From assembly GCF_054902455.1 (NCBI RefSeq), contig NZ_CM142769.1: 32,000 bases of DNA; one strand, given 5' to 3'. The notes beneath the pieces were generated by a model, which was not told where the DNA came from, made no database searches, and saw nothing but the letters and a program-made list of their open reading frames with translations. Of the stretch, positions 19,616 to 29,475 are shown one piece after another; position 1 is the stretch's first letter, and each line of letters begins with the position of its first letter. A program made the position numbers and the translations under genes.

Positions 19616-20605
19616 CTACTCTTCTTCGTTCCCGCCCTCTTCATACGGGCCAAATGGCTTCGCAGGCAGAACGATATACGTCCCTTCAAACACCGCGCCC
19701 GGCGTCTCGTCGCCAAAGATTTCGACCTGCATTTGCACCCGTGCTTTTCGTCCGCGCGCCAGACGGTCGAGATCGCCGCTTAAGGCACCGAGGTCGGCTA
19801 CCGCATGAGGTTTACCGCTAATCGGCTTGCTGTAGCGAATATGCGCATCCGCCAGAATAATCGTTCCGCCGAGGTGGCGTTCACGCAGCATCAGCCAGAT
19901 AAGCCCCCAACCGGTGAGCGTTGCCAGTGAGAATAAACTCCCGGCAAACAGCGTATGGTGCGGATTCTGATTGCCGGTTTCCGGCATGGTGGTGATAAAT
20001 TTTTGCCCGGTATATTGCTGAATGCGCACGCCCATTTTTTCGCTTAGCGGGATATGTTCGTACCACGCCTGCTGAAGCTGGGCGCACCAGTCGCCGCGAT
20101 GCAAAATATCATCCAGAGTGGCGACAGGTTTAATCATCAAAAAATGGCGAATCGGCGTGGTGGTTGGCGTGGTGATTTCTCCCTGATTAACAAACCCCAG
20201 CTTGGCGAAAAACTCCACCGCGTCTTCGCGGGCGCTACAGGTCACGCGCTTAACACCTTCCTGACGCGCCACAGATTCGAGGGTCATCGCCATCAGCGTT
20301 CCTAACCCTTTGTCCTGCACGTCGGGATGAACGGCCATAAAGCGAATGGACGCTTCATTGTCGGCATTAATATACAGTCGGCCTACCGCCACCAGATTAC
20401 CCTGCTCGTCGACGACCATCTGGTGATGCGCCATCGCATCCCACGCGTCGCGTTCCGAACCTTTCGGTTGATGCAGGGGCTTACGCAACATTTCCCAGCG
20501 AAACTGATAGTAACGCTCTAACTCTTCTTCTGTTTGTGGAACCCGAAGGTGATACATAGCGATACTCTCTCTTGTTTCCCGTGACAAACCTGGAAGCTGG
20601 CTCAT
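19616..20605 (-). CDS. yiiD: YiiD (FabY): GNAT + hotdog-domain protein, malonyl-ACP decarboxylase involved in fatty-acid initiation
   Basis: 329 aa; GNAT region [19 protein letters not shown] and C-terminal thioesterase-like domain. Confidence 0.94.
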
Positions 20606-21039
20606 ACCTGCAACCAGAATGTCACGGGGCCATCATTGACCAGCGATACCTGCATATCCGCAGCGAAGCGTCCTGTTTGCGTGTTCATCTCTTGCTGACG
20701 GCAGCGTTCGACGAAATAGTCATATAACGCCTCTGCGCGATCCGGTGATGCGCCTTTGGAGAAACTTGGGCGCATCCCCCGTTCGGTATCTGCGGCGAGG
20801 GTAAACTGGGAAACAACCAGTACACTGCCGCCCGCCTGTTGCACGTTGAGATTCATCTTGCCTTCGGCATCGCTAAAGATGCGGTAGCCGAGCACACGCT
20901 CGCACAGACGGTTTGCTTTCTGTTCGTCGTCATCCTTTTCGACACCCAATAACACCAAAAGTCCCGCGCCAATTTCGCCCGTCACTTCTCCCTCCACGGT
21001 GACGCTGGCACGGGTTACGCGTTGAATTAATGCAATCAT
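20602..21039 (-). CDS. dtd: D-aminoacyl-tRNA deacylase
   Basis: 145 aa; [18 protein letters not shown]...[11 protein letters not shown]...[18 protein letters not shown]. Confidence 0.96.
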
Positions 21040-21908
21040 GGTTCGTCGTCTTCTTCTTGTTCAGCAGCTTGTTTTAATTTGCGGTATTCCCCGAGAGTGA
21101 CAGTAATTTCCGCGCCAAGCAAGACGATACACCATGTCCAGTAGACCCAGACAAAGAGAATGGGGATCACCGCCAGCACGCCGTAAATGAGCTGATATGA
21201 CGGGAACATGGTGATATAAAGCGCGAAACCTTTCTTTCCTGCTTCGAACAGGAGTGCAGCGACAAACGCGCCGACAATCGCGTCGCGGTTAGGTACGCGG
21301 ATGGTAGGAACAATGCTGTACAGCAACCAGAAGGAGATCCACGACAACAGCAGCGGAAAAATACGCAGCACGTTGTCGATGACAGTATTGAGATCGCTCG
21401 CCCAGCGCAGGGAGAGCAAATAGGAACTGATCGCCAGACTGGCCCCTGCCAGCAGCGGCCCCAGCGTTAAAATCATCCAGTACACGGCAAACGAGTAAAT
21501 TTTTGGTCGCGCTCGTTTACTGCGCCAGATGGTATTCAACGCGCTATCGATGGAGTACATCAACAATAACGCGGTGACGATCAGCCCGCACGCCCCAACG
21601 GCGGTCATCTTGTTGGAATTGGCAACAAATTGTTCGATATACCGCTGAATAACATCGCCAGTAGCAGGCAGAAAGTTGGCAAAAATAAAGTGACGCAACT
21701 GAATGCTGACGTCGGAAAACATGGGAAAAGCGGCGAAAAGCGCAAAAACAACGGCAACCAGCGGCACTAATGAGAGCAACGACACATAGGCAAGGTTACC
21801 TGCCAGGGTTGTCATGTTGTCCTCATCAATGCGTTGCCAGAGTAGTTTTAGCCAGGCCCATAGTGGACGGGTACGGTGCCTGGCTTTGTCCTGAATGGTT
21901 TTTAGCAT
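21036..21908 (-). CDS. yihY: YihY/BrkB-family inner membrane protein
   Basis: 290 aa multi-TM protein; [21 protein letters not shown]...[16 protein letters not shown]. Confidence 0.94.
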
Positions 21909-22501
21909 AACACCTTCGCGAAATAGTCCGGGATGGTGGTTTTATCTTTCACCAGAATACTGGTAATGCCTAGCTGATTCGCTCCTTCTATATTATCGGC
22001 GTTATCGTCGAAAAAGACCGTATCGCTGGGTGAAAAACCTTCTGCCTGCAAAACATGCTGATAAATTCGTGCTTCAGGTTTGCGCATCCCCAGATCTTGC
22101 GACAGATAGATATGGTCAGCAGCATCACGGATTTCCGGGTATTCCTCCGGCCAGAAGGTAGTATGCAGGCGGTTAGTATTGGAAAGCACCACCACGCGAT
22201 GCCCCTGCTCACGCAGTTTATGCATGATGGCGATCACTTCCGGGCGCAGCGCAACAAACACCGCCTGCCAGCCGTGAGAGAACTGCTCGTAGCTTAGCGG
22301 CAGGGCCATCTCATGACACAGCGCCTCTGCGAACGCTTCGTCGCTAATTTCCCCACGCTCATGCTGATGAAACGCCTCGCCCATGTGGAAACTCTTCTTA
22401 AGCGTAGCCAGTGGAACACGCGTTAAATCGCTCCAGGCTCCCAGCACACGGTTAAAGTCGATATCGACAATCACATTACCTAAATCAAAGATATAGAGCA
22501 T
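21902..22501 (-). CDS. yihX: HAD-like sugar phosphatase YihX
   Basis: [19 protein letters not shown]..., [19 protein letters not shown]. Confidence 0.94.
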
Positions 22502-22590
22502 TTTTGCCTCCTTTCGCGCCACAAGAAATTAACTGTAGCGGGAAAGGATGGGTTTGGCTATGTGGCAATAAGGGTAATCTTGTGATGCTG

Positions 22591-22631
22591 ATTGCGAAAA
22601 AGCAGAGTAATTTCACTGGCTTTTTCGCAAT
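22591..22631. terminator. Hairpin between yihX and the variant yih operon, likely bidirectional
   Basis: ATTGCGAAAAAGC (22591-22603) and GCTTTTTCGCAAT (22619-22631), perfect 13-bp inverted repeat. Confidence 0.75.
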
Positions 22632-22641
22632 AGATGAATGG

Positions 22642-23529
22642 TTAAGATTCAGGTGTAAATTGCCAACGAGTTTCGATGACCAGCGGCTTATCTGGTGTCA
22701 CAAATTCCGGCGTTAGATTTATTGCGTTAGGTGCCTGAGTCAGCGGGTTAATACAGGTGGCATCGGGCTGTTTATCAAATACCACCAGACTGTTTGCAGA
22801 AGAGGTCATGGTCATCGCGAGTTTACCAGGCCACAGTAACTTAACCTTCACCCCGTCATAAAAACCAAAACAGTCATCCCAGGGACCGACTTGAGGAGAG
22901 ATACGATTTCCAGTTGGCAGTTCATCACTACCCGCTTCTTCTTGCCAGTCCGCATCAAAAAGCACCTGCAACGATTCTGTATTTTGCGGAGTCAGCTTTT
23001 TCGCAAACCACGGATGCCAGCCTGCGGAGGCCGGGAATGTATCGGCATGTGAATGGACTTCCAGTTGCAAAACCAGCGCATCGTTCTCCAGCAAAAAAGT
23101 CTGAATCACTTCCCCTTGCCAGGGCCACGGTGAAGCCAGGGGCATACGTAAAGTCAGGGAATCTGCTGTTTTGTCGATGATTTCCCACGTTGAGTAACAA
23201 GCCATACCATGCAACGCATGTGGTGGTTTATTGGCGGGTAAAGAATAACATTGCCCACCAGCATTCAGCGTCGCATTCCCCAGTCGCCCTGCCCACGGCA
23301 CCATTGGGAAACAGCCATACTGAAAAGCTCTGCGCTGCGGCTGCCATTGGCGTAATACTTCAGAACCAAATGCCTTTAACGAGGTTATCCTGGCACCATC
23401 ATGCGGATAAATCTGCAGGTGAATATTGCCTTTTTCCAGCGTCACTAACTCTCCTACAGGCCCAGGCCATGGCGCGTCAAACGCCTGTTGTAGCGCCAGG
23501 TAATGCTCGTTTTTTCGTTCAGTTTTCAT
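22642..23529 (-). CDS. Aldose 1-epimerase (galactose mutarotase-like) family protein (likely start MKTERKNEHYL; track ORF to 23586)
   Basis: Motifs GCFPMVPWAGRLGNATL, HALHGMACYSTWEI, SAGWHPWF; start overlaps the upstream transporter stop by about 11 bp. Confidence 0.82.
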   Translation of the reverse strand: MKTERKNEHYLALQQAFDAPWPGPVGELVTLEKGNIHLQIYPHDGARITSLKAFGSEVLRQWQPQRRAFQYGCFPMVPWAGRLGNATLNAGGQCYSLPANKPPHALHGMACYSTWEIIDKTADSLTLRMPLASPWPWQGEVIQTFLLENDALVLQLEVHSHADTFPASAGWHPWFAKKLTPQNTESLQVLFDADWQEEAGSDELPTGNRISPQVGPWDDCFGFYDGVKVKLLWPGKLAMTMTSSANSLVVFDKQPDATCINPLTQAPNAINLTPEFVTPDKPLVIETRWQFTPES

Positions 23530-24868
23530 GAGATTGTTCCCTGATGTAGCGGTAAGAAGCGGTTTCTTGTTCATCGGTCGGCTCAATCAGCCAGACGCAA
23601 ACAAAGGAAAGAACTGAGACAGCAAATAAAAACAGAGCGACATACCACGGTTTTCCTCCCCCTAGCGCCAGCAAACTTGAGGCGATAAGGGGGCTTAGTC
23701 CGCCAAGAATCGCGGAAAATTGATAAGCAAAAGAAAGGCCGGTATATCGTACTTTGGTACCGAACATGCGGGTGAAAAGTGTTGGCTGCACGGCAAACAT
23801 CATCGTCGGACCTAAGTTGTAGCCGAGGATCATACTGCACCAGATGATGAGCGTACTTTTGCTATCCAGTAATAAGAAGAAAGGAAACGCGAACAGGACA
23901 CAAAATCCAGCTCCCGACAAATACAGACTTTTTTGACCTATACGATCTGATAACCATCCAACCAATGGACAACTGAAAATACCGATCGCCGAGGCAATCA
24001 ACATACCCGTCAGGGGAATATCTCGCGACAATGCTAATTGGCTGGAAATATAGACAATACCAAAGGCGTTAATAATATTAGAGGAGACACTTTCCGCCAG
24101 CCTCGCACCCAGTGCCAATAAAATATTTCGTGGATGTTTTTTGAATAATTCAATCAACGGAGGAACGGACTTTTCTTTATTATTCGTCGTTTTTTGCTTT
24201 TGAAAATCCAGCGTTTCTTCGGTATGCAGGCGGATAAACAGCCCAACGATCAACATCACCGCAGAAAGCCAAAACGGAATGCGCCATCCCCAGGAGAGAA
24301 ACTGCTCCGAAGTAAGAAAATGGTTACAGAGAGCAAAAATACCGGTTGCCAGCATAATACCCACAGACGCAGCCGTTTGCGGGAGTGAACCTAAAAATCC
24401 GCGTCGGGATTCGGGCGCTGATTCTATGGTCATCAATGCCGCTCCGCCGTACTCGCCACCAAGACCAAAGCCCTGAATTAAACGTAGCACCATTAATATG
24501 AGCGGTGCCCAGATCCCAATTTCCTGATACGTCGGAATAAAACCAATCAAAAATGTGGAGCATCCGACAATAGCCAGCGTCCAGATAAGCGTTATTTTTC
24601 GCCCGATTTTATCGCCAAAATGACCAAAGACGATGCCACCTAAAGGACGAGTCAGAAAACCGACACCAAAGGTCGCAAAGGAAGCTATAAGACCTATAAA
24701 AGGATCGCTGTCTGGATAAAACAGCGGTGCAAATACCAGTCCTGCTGCCGTGCCAAAAATAAAAAAGTCATACCATTCCATTAACGCGCCTGCGAAACTG
24801 CCCATAACGACACGTCTCATGGCTTTACCGGAAAGCCCTTCACGCGGTGCGGGTAACTTTTCAGACAT
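23519..24868 (-). CDS. MFS transporter, metabolite:H+ symporter (MHS/ShiA-like) subfamily
   Basis: 449 aa; EWYDFFIFGTAAGLVFAPLFYP, FGHFGDKIGRK, RLIQGFGLGGEYGGAALMTIESAPESRRG. Confidence 0.9.
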   Translation of the reverse strand: MSEKLPAPREGLSGKAMRRVVMGSFAGALMEWYDFFIFGTAAGLVFAPLFYPDSDPFIGLIASFATFGVGFLTRPLGGIVFGHFGDKIGRKITLIWTLAIVGCSTFLIGFIPTYQEIGIWAPLILMVLRLIQGFGLGGEYGGAALMTIESAPESRRGFLGSLPQTAASVGIMLATGIFALCNHFLTSEQFLSWGWRIPFWLSAVMLIVGLFIRLHTEETLDFQKQKTTNNKEKSVPPLIELFKKHPRNILLALGARLAESVSSNIINAFGIVYISSQLALSRDIPLTGMLIASAIGIFSCPLVGWLSDRIGQKSLYLSGAGFCVLFAFPFFLLLDSKSTLIIWCSMILGYNLGPTMMFAVQPTLFTRMFGTKVRYTGLSFAYQFSAILGGLSPLIASSLLALGGGKPWYVALFLFAVSVLSFVCVWLIEPTDEQETASYRYIREQSHEN

Positions 24869-24966
24869 AATTTTCCTCTCCTGGTAGGCGAGAAATCTGG
24901 GATACGAACCACTAAACGTGGGCAGTTTGAATTAATGCGCATCGGCTTAAACCGATGCGCATTAAA

Positions 24967-26400
24967 TTATTTCTTCAATTCAGCCAGAACCTCTGCGTCC
25001 TCAGCATCAACATTTGCACCCAGTGGTTCCCAATTAATCAATACACAGGTCAGGAATCCCAGGAATGGCACGATTGCCAACCAGTAAAACGCTTCAGTTT
25101 TCAACGCACCCCACAGCATCGGCCAGAAAATGAGTCCTGCAATTGCCCCTGTGCGCATAATAGCGCGGGCAAATCCGACCCCAGTAGGGCGAATAGCGGG
25201 AGGATAAGAGAGTGTGGCAATGGTCATGCCCAGCCCACCAGGACCCGCTGAATGGAAGAAAATAATTGATCCCAATAACCCTAAAGACAGCCAGGGATTA
25301 GTCGTTGCCAGTGCGCCTAACGACAGCAATGCTAAGGTCACAACAGCAAATCCATACATCGACTGTCGGCGAGTACCCAGTCGTTGGAGAATAAACGAGC
25401 CGATCATCCCACCAGTCACCCCACAAAGGGCATTTACGACAGCAGAACCGGTCAACGCGCCAGTAAGCCCTCCGCTTATTATTCCCGCCAACGTAAGAGG
25501 AAGATAAACGCCTACGGCGTTATATTGCCACGCCTGCATGGTTGCCACGACACAGCCAAGGATGGTGCGTTTGCGGTAACGATCATTAAATAAGATGCCA
25601 TATCCACCACTGTATTTATTCTCTGCTTTTTCCGAGAGTTTCGCTTCTGTTGTACCCGATGCCGCAACGCGAGCCTGAACACCATAACGTTTTCCCAGAA
25701 TGTCGCACGCTTCCTGGTAACGCCCGACGCGTGCGGCCCACATTGCGGATTCACCAATAAAGAAGTAACGCAAAATCATGAAGATGACTGCAAAAATAGC
25801 TCCGATGAATATTCCGTAACGCCACAATTGTTCTTCAGCGATACCCGACAGAAGCAGCGGCAAAAGCACCAAATAAACAACGGTTGTCGAAACATACCAG
25901 GCCATTTGCCAGAGGTTGACCGACGTTCCGGTTTTCTTCGACGTTGAACCACGAAGCTCTGCCACGGCATTGGTTGCCAAAGGGAAGTCGATGCCTAAAC
26001 CAAAGCCCATGATGACGCGGCACACCAGAACCCACCAGATACTGGGAGCAATAGCTACCGCTGCAGCACCGATGGTGCACAGCCCCATGCCAATAATAAA
26101 TGCCCGCTTTTGCCCAAAGCGGTTTATTACTCGGTTCGCTAATAAACCGCCAATTAACGCGGCGATTAATACTGACGCATTGACGGTTGCAGCAAGACCC
26201 GGAGAAATGCCGAATTGAGCGGCAATGTATTTATTACCAAACCCCACCATCGCCGCCTGGTAGGCATCAATCAATATGCCGCCCAAAGCAATAAAAATAA
26301 CGCCGATACTGGTGTTGATTGCAGAGTTCTTATTAACAATATCAATTACGTCTTGTGGCCGACTAATTGAATAAGTTGCAGGACTGGTGATTTGACTCAT
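24967..26400 (-). CDS. MFS transporter, sugar-porter/SV2-like
   Basis: 477 aa; RFGQKRAFIIG, RVIMGFGLGIDFPLATNAVAELRG; distinct from the neighbouring MHS-type transporter. Confidence 0.88.
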   Translation of the reverse strand: MSQITSPATYSISRPQDVIDIVNKNSAINTSIGVIFIALGGILIDAYQAAMVGFGNKYIAAQFGISPGLAATVNASVLIAALIGGLLANRVINRFGQKRAFIIGMGLCTIGAAAVAIAPSIWWVLVCRVIMGFGLGIDFPLATNAVAELRGSTSKKTGTSVNLWQMAWYVSTTVVYLVLLPLLLSGIAEEQLWRYGIFIGAIFAVIFMILRYFFIGESAMWAARVGRYQEACDILGKRYGVQARVAASGTTEAKLSEKAENKYSGGYGILFNDRYRKRTILGCVVATMQAWQYNAVGVYLPLTLAGIISGGLTGALTGSAVVNALCGVTGGMIGSFILQRLGTRRQSMYGFAVVTLALLSLGALATTNPWLSLGLLGSIIFFHSAGPGGLGMTIATLSYPPAIRPTGVGFARAIMRTGAIAGLIFWPMLWGALKTEAFYWLAIVPFLGFLTCVLINWEPLGANVDAEDAEVLAELKK

Positions 26401-26469
26401 CGCAGTGTCCTTTTTAATTGTTGTAGGGTGGCGCTGACGTGACGCAGCGCCAGACAGAGATTTAGAAAA

Positions 26470-27480
26470 TCATTCCGGCGCAAATTGCAGCATGACCTTT
26501 ATGGAGTCATTTTGCTGCGCGCGTTCGAATGCCGCCGCTGCATCCTCAATGGCAAATAAATCGGTAACCAGTTCACTGGTATCAAACCGCCCATCCGCCA
26601 GCCATTCGATAACAGCATCGAAATCTTCAGGGATGTACATGCCAGAGTTGAGCAAGTCACGCTCGAAACGTTGCATCATCGGTAATGGTATTTCACGCGG
26701 CCCACTTGGTACGCCCATGCACACGACGGTGCCTCCGGCATATACACGGGTACATGCATCGTTAAGCGTGGCCTGCGCTGCAACGACATCAATCGCCCCC
26801 GTAAATCGCACATCTGCGGCCAGCTCACCTGGTGCCCAAACTTCTGCTGCGCCCAGCTTTAACGCCAGCGCGCGTTTGGCAGCGTCAGGTTCAATCACGG
26901 TAATCTTACCTGCCCCCATAATGCGCAGTGCCTGCACGATGGATAAGCCTATCGTTCCGGCACCAATCACCAGTACGCTTTCCAGAGAAGCTTTCGGCAT
27001 TCGGTTAACGCAGTGACGAGCACAAGCCGCCGGTTCGGCAAAGGCCAACACTTTTAGCGGTAAAGAGGCTGGTGCGACATGGCAATTACGCGCAGGAACA
27101 ATGTGTTGTGAGCGAGCAAAGCCCGGTGCGCGAAAACCAGCAACCTGCGGTGGTTCACAAAGATTAAAACGTCCTGCTTTGCAGGCTCGGCATTCCATGC
27201 AAGCCATGATGGGATCGACCACAACATGATCGCCCGGCTGTACATTTTTAACGTCGCTGCCCACTTCCGTAACGCGCGCTGCAATTTCATGACCGGGGAC
27301 GACAGGCGGTTTGGCAAACGGATGACCGCCTTTCAGAACATGCAGATCCGAACCGCATATCCCGTAGAACACGGGCGCAATCCGTACTTCGTGCGGTTTA
27401 AGTTGCTGGTGTGGTACTTCAACATATTGAGTGGTGACTTTCCCAATATCTGAAAATAAAACCTGGGTAATTTTATCCAT
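26470..27480 (-). CDS. Zinc-dependent medium-chain dehydrogenase (sorbitol/threonine dehydrogenase-like)
   Basis: GICGSDLHV, VVPGHEIAARV, structural-zinc CMECRACKAGRFNLC, Rossmann VIGAGTIGLS. Confidence 0.93.
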   Translation of the reverse strand: MDKITQVLFSDIGKVTTQYVEVPHQQLKPHEVRIAPVFYGICGSDLHVLKGGHPFAKPPVVPGHEIAARVTEVGSDVKNVQPGDHVVVDPIMACMECRACKAGRFNLCEPPQVAGFRAPGFARSQHIVPARNCHVAPASLPLKVLAFAEPAACARHCVNRMPKASLESVLVIGAGTIGLSIVQALRIMGAGKITVIEPDAAKRALALKLGAAEVWAPGELAADVRFTGAIDVVAAQATLNDACTRVYAGGTVVCMGVPSGPREIPLPMMQRFERDLLNSGMYIPEDFDAVIEWLADGRFDTSELVTDLFAIEDAAAAFERAQQNDSIKVMLQFAPE

Positions 27481-27512
27481 TGTTATTCTCCAGAATCGAT
27501 ATCCATAGGGGA

Positions 27513-28400
27513 TTAGCGTTGCGCGATACCTTCATCGACAATTTCAGCCAGCCGTTGCAAGCGTGGAACGGAGACATCGCGCAGCATAGTTTGTGGATCT
27601 TGTGCACCAACAACCGACGCCCAAACCGCTCGTCCAGCCAGGAAGCCCGACGCACCACCTTTCATGGCAATACTTACTGCACGGCCAAAAATATCGGCAT
27701 CAACGCCAGAAGAAAGAATTACCCACGGCATCTTCATCTGATCGTTAAGTTGCTGACAGGCGGCAAGTAAGTTTTTTTCATCGCCTTTGCCCCCTAATGG
27801 CATCTCGGCTTTGTAAAGATCGGCCTCTGTTCCACCAAGCTCTGCGGCGGCGGCAACAATGGCGCTTTCACGATCAAAGTCCCAACCGCGACGAGGTGGA
27901 CGCACCACAGGTTCAATAATGCTAACCAGCCCGGCACTACGGCAGCGACGAACAAATTTATCAACCATTGCCAGACGTTCCTCTGCGGGTTCATCTTCAC
28001 GCCAGAGTACAAGTAATTTCATTGCCTTAGCCCCCATTTCACGGGCTTTATGCGGGTCGACGGACATATCTATTTCAACGCTATCAACCGGGATGCCATT
28101 ACCTGGGATAAAAAGATCGGCAGCGACAATCAGGCCGCAAGAATTAGCAACAGCGCCCTGCTCGACTATTTGCTCAAGACAAAATTGTTTATCCGCCAGA
28201 ACGGCAGAAGCATAAGGTGTAAGGATTCGGGTCGCGGCAACTTTAAAATCGGTGAGTACACTGTCGGCGATGGGTTTTGGCTGCCCTGCTGCCGCAAACA
28301 TCAGGCGCATGGCCTCACGCTGATCGACAGCTAACATGGCGAATCCACCACCTGGGCGGGAGATATCTTTCAGCGTAAATGGGGTGAAGTGGGATGACAT
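27513..28400 (-). CDS. YihT-like class I aldolase (6-deoxy-6-sulfofructose-1-phosphate aldolase-like)
   Basis: 295 aa; [46 protein letters not shown] (Schiff-base Lys region), [29 protein letters not shown]. Strong resemblance to K-12 YihT but visibly diverged. Confidence 0.9.
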   Translation of the reverse strand: MSSHFTPFTLKDISRPGGGFAMLAVDQREAMRLMFAAAGQPKPIADSVLTDFKVAATRILTPYASAVLADKQFCLEQIVEQGAVANSCGLIVAADLFIPGNGIPVDSVEIDMSVDPHKAREMGAKAMKLLVLWREDEPAEERLAMVDKFVRRCRSAGLVSIIEPVVRPPRRGWDFDRESAIVAAAAELGGTEADLYKAEMPLGGKGDEKNLLAACQQLNDQMKMPWVILSSGVDADIFGRAVSIAMKGGASGFLAGRAVWASVVGAQDPQTMLRDVSVPRLQRLAEIVDEGIAQR

Positions 28401-28424
28401 AGAAACTCCTGTTAATAGATAAAA

Positions 28425-29303
28425 TTAAAGACCAGCCTGCTGGCGAACCTGATTTAGCAGGGCACTCCAATCCTGCCGCCCTTTGCCGTCTTGACTTGCT
28501 GCGGCGTAATAACTTTCTGCTGCAATCCCCATATTGAGCGGTGCCCCCGTCTCCCGAGCGACGTCAACTGCAATACGCAGATCTTTCAACGCCAGATCCA
28601 CCATGAAGGCGGGTGAAAGATCGCCTTTCAGCACTTTGCCAGGCCAGGTGGTCGTAAAATGTCCTTTCCCTGCTGCCGTACCACTCATCACCTTAATTGC
28701 GACATCAAGATTTAATCCCAGTGACTCACATAACACAGCGGCCTCGGAGGACAGCGCATTAAGCGCAATGCTCATATAGTTGTTAATTAGCTTCACGCGG
28801 ATCCCCATTCCTGGGCCGCCAGCCTCGACCAGCTCATTACCCATGCACATGAGAATCGGGCGTGCACGTGCAATCTGCTCATCAGTGCCACCCGCTAAAA
28901 TCAGCAATGTGCCATCAATCGCATTCACGGACGTTCTGCCCACGGGAGCGTCCATCATACTGATGCCTTTTTCTTGTAACTCCCGTATTAATGCATCGGT
29001 CTGTAAGGGATGAATAGTCGACATATCAATCAATAACGCGTCAGATGAAACAGCCTCACAGACGCCTTTTTCCCCCAACAGAACCTGTCGAACAATGTCA
29101 CCATTGGGAAGCATAGTGATGATAAATTCAGCGCCTGCTGCTGCTTCCGCTGGGGTTTGTGCCGCAGTGGCCCCCTGCGTAACTAGCACATCGACGGCCT
29201 GTGCATTGACATCAAATACCTGCAATGAATGCCCTTTTTGCAATAGATTGTTAGCCATTGGGCTACCCATCTGCCCCAGCCCGAGAAATGCAATGGTTGC
29301 CAT
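28425..29303 (-). CDS. YihU-like 3-sulfolactaldehyde reductase (beta-hydroxyacid dehydrogenase family); true start at 29303
   Basis: [21 protein letters not shown]; [24 protein letters not shown]; [18 protein letters not shown]. About 292 aa, high resemblance to K-12 YihU. The track ORF (to 29504) is over-extended. Confidence 0.93.
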   Translation of the reverse strand: MATIAFLGLGQMGSPMANNLLQKGHSLQVFDVNAQAVDVLVTQGATAAQTPAEAAAGAEFIITMLPNGDIVRQVLLGEKGVCEAVSSDALLIDMSTIHPLQTDALIRELQEKGISMMDAPVGRTSVNAIDGTLLILAGGTDEQIARARPILMCMGNELVEAGGPGMGIRVKLINNYMSIALNALSSEAAVLCESLGLNLDVAIKVMSGTAAGKGHFTTTWPGKVLKGDLSPAFMVDLALKDLRIAVDVARETGAPLNMGIAAESYYAAASQDGKGRQDWSALLNQVRQQAGL

Positions 29304-29362
29304 GAATACTCTCCTGTCTGACATTGACAAAATAATGACAATTGAAAATTCGTTTTCGTCTG

Positions 29363-29395
29363 TTTTTGAGCATATTTGTAATTTATGTTCAAAAA
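29363..29395. promoter_or_regulatory. Candidate operator palindrome in the divergent intergenic region
   Basis: TTTTTGAGCATA (29363-29374) - 9 nt - TATGTTCAAAAA (29384-29395), one mismatch over 12-bp arms, between divergently transcribed reductase and kinase genes. Confidence 0.55.
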
Positions 29396-29475
29396 CACGA
29401 CACGCATCACTAATTTGATCATTTGTGTCATTTAAATTGACCAAAGACGACAAAATTAAACAGGACAAGACAAAT

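Noticed and set aside
25214-25507. Plus-strand ORFs within the two MFS transporter genes (25214..25507, 24955..25251, 25916..26218)
   Set aside because: Antisense to clear MFS coding frames; no independent support.
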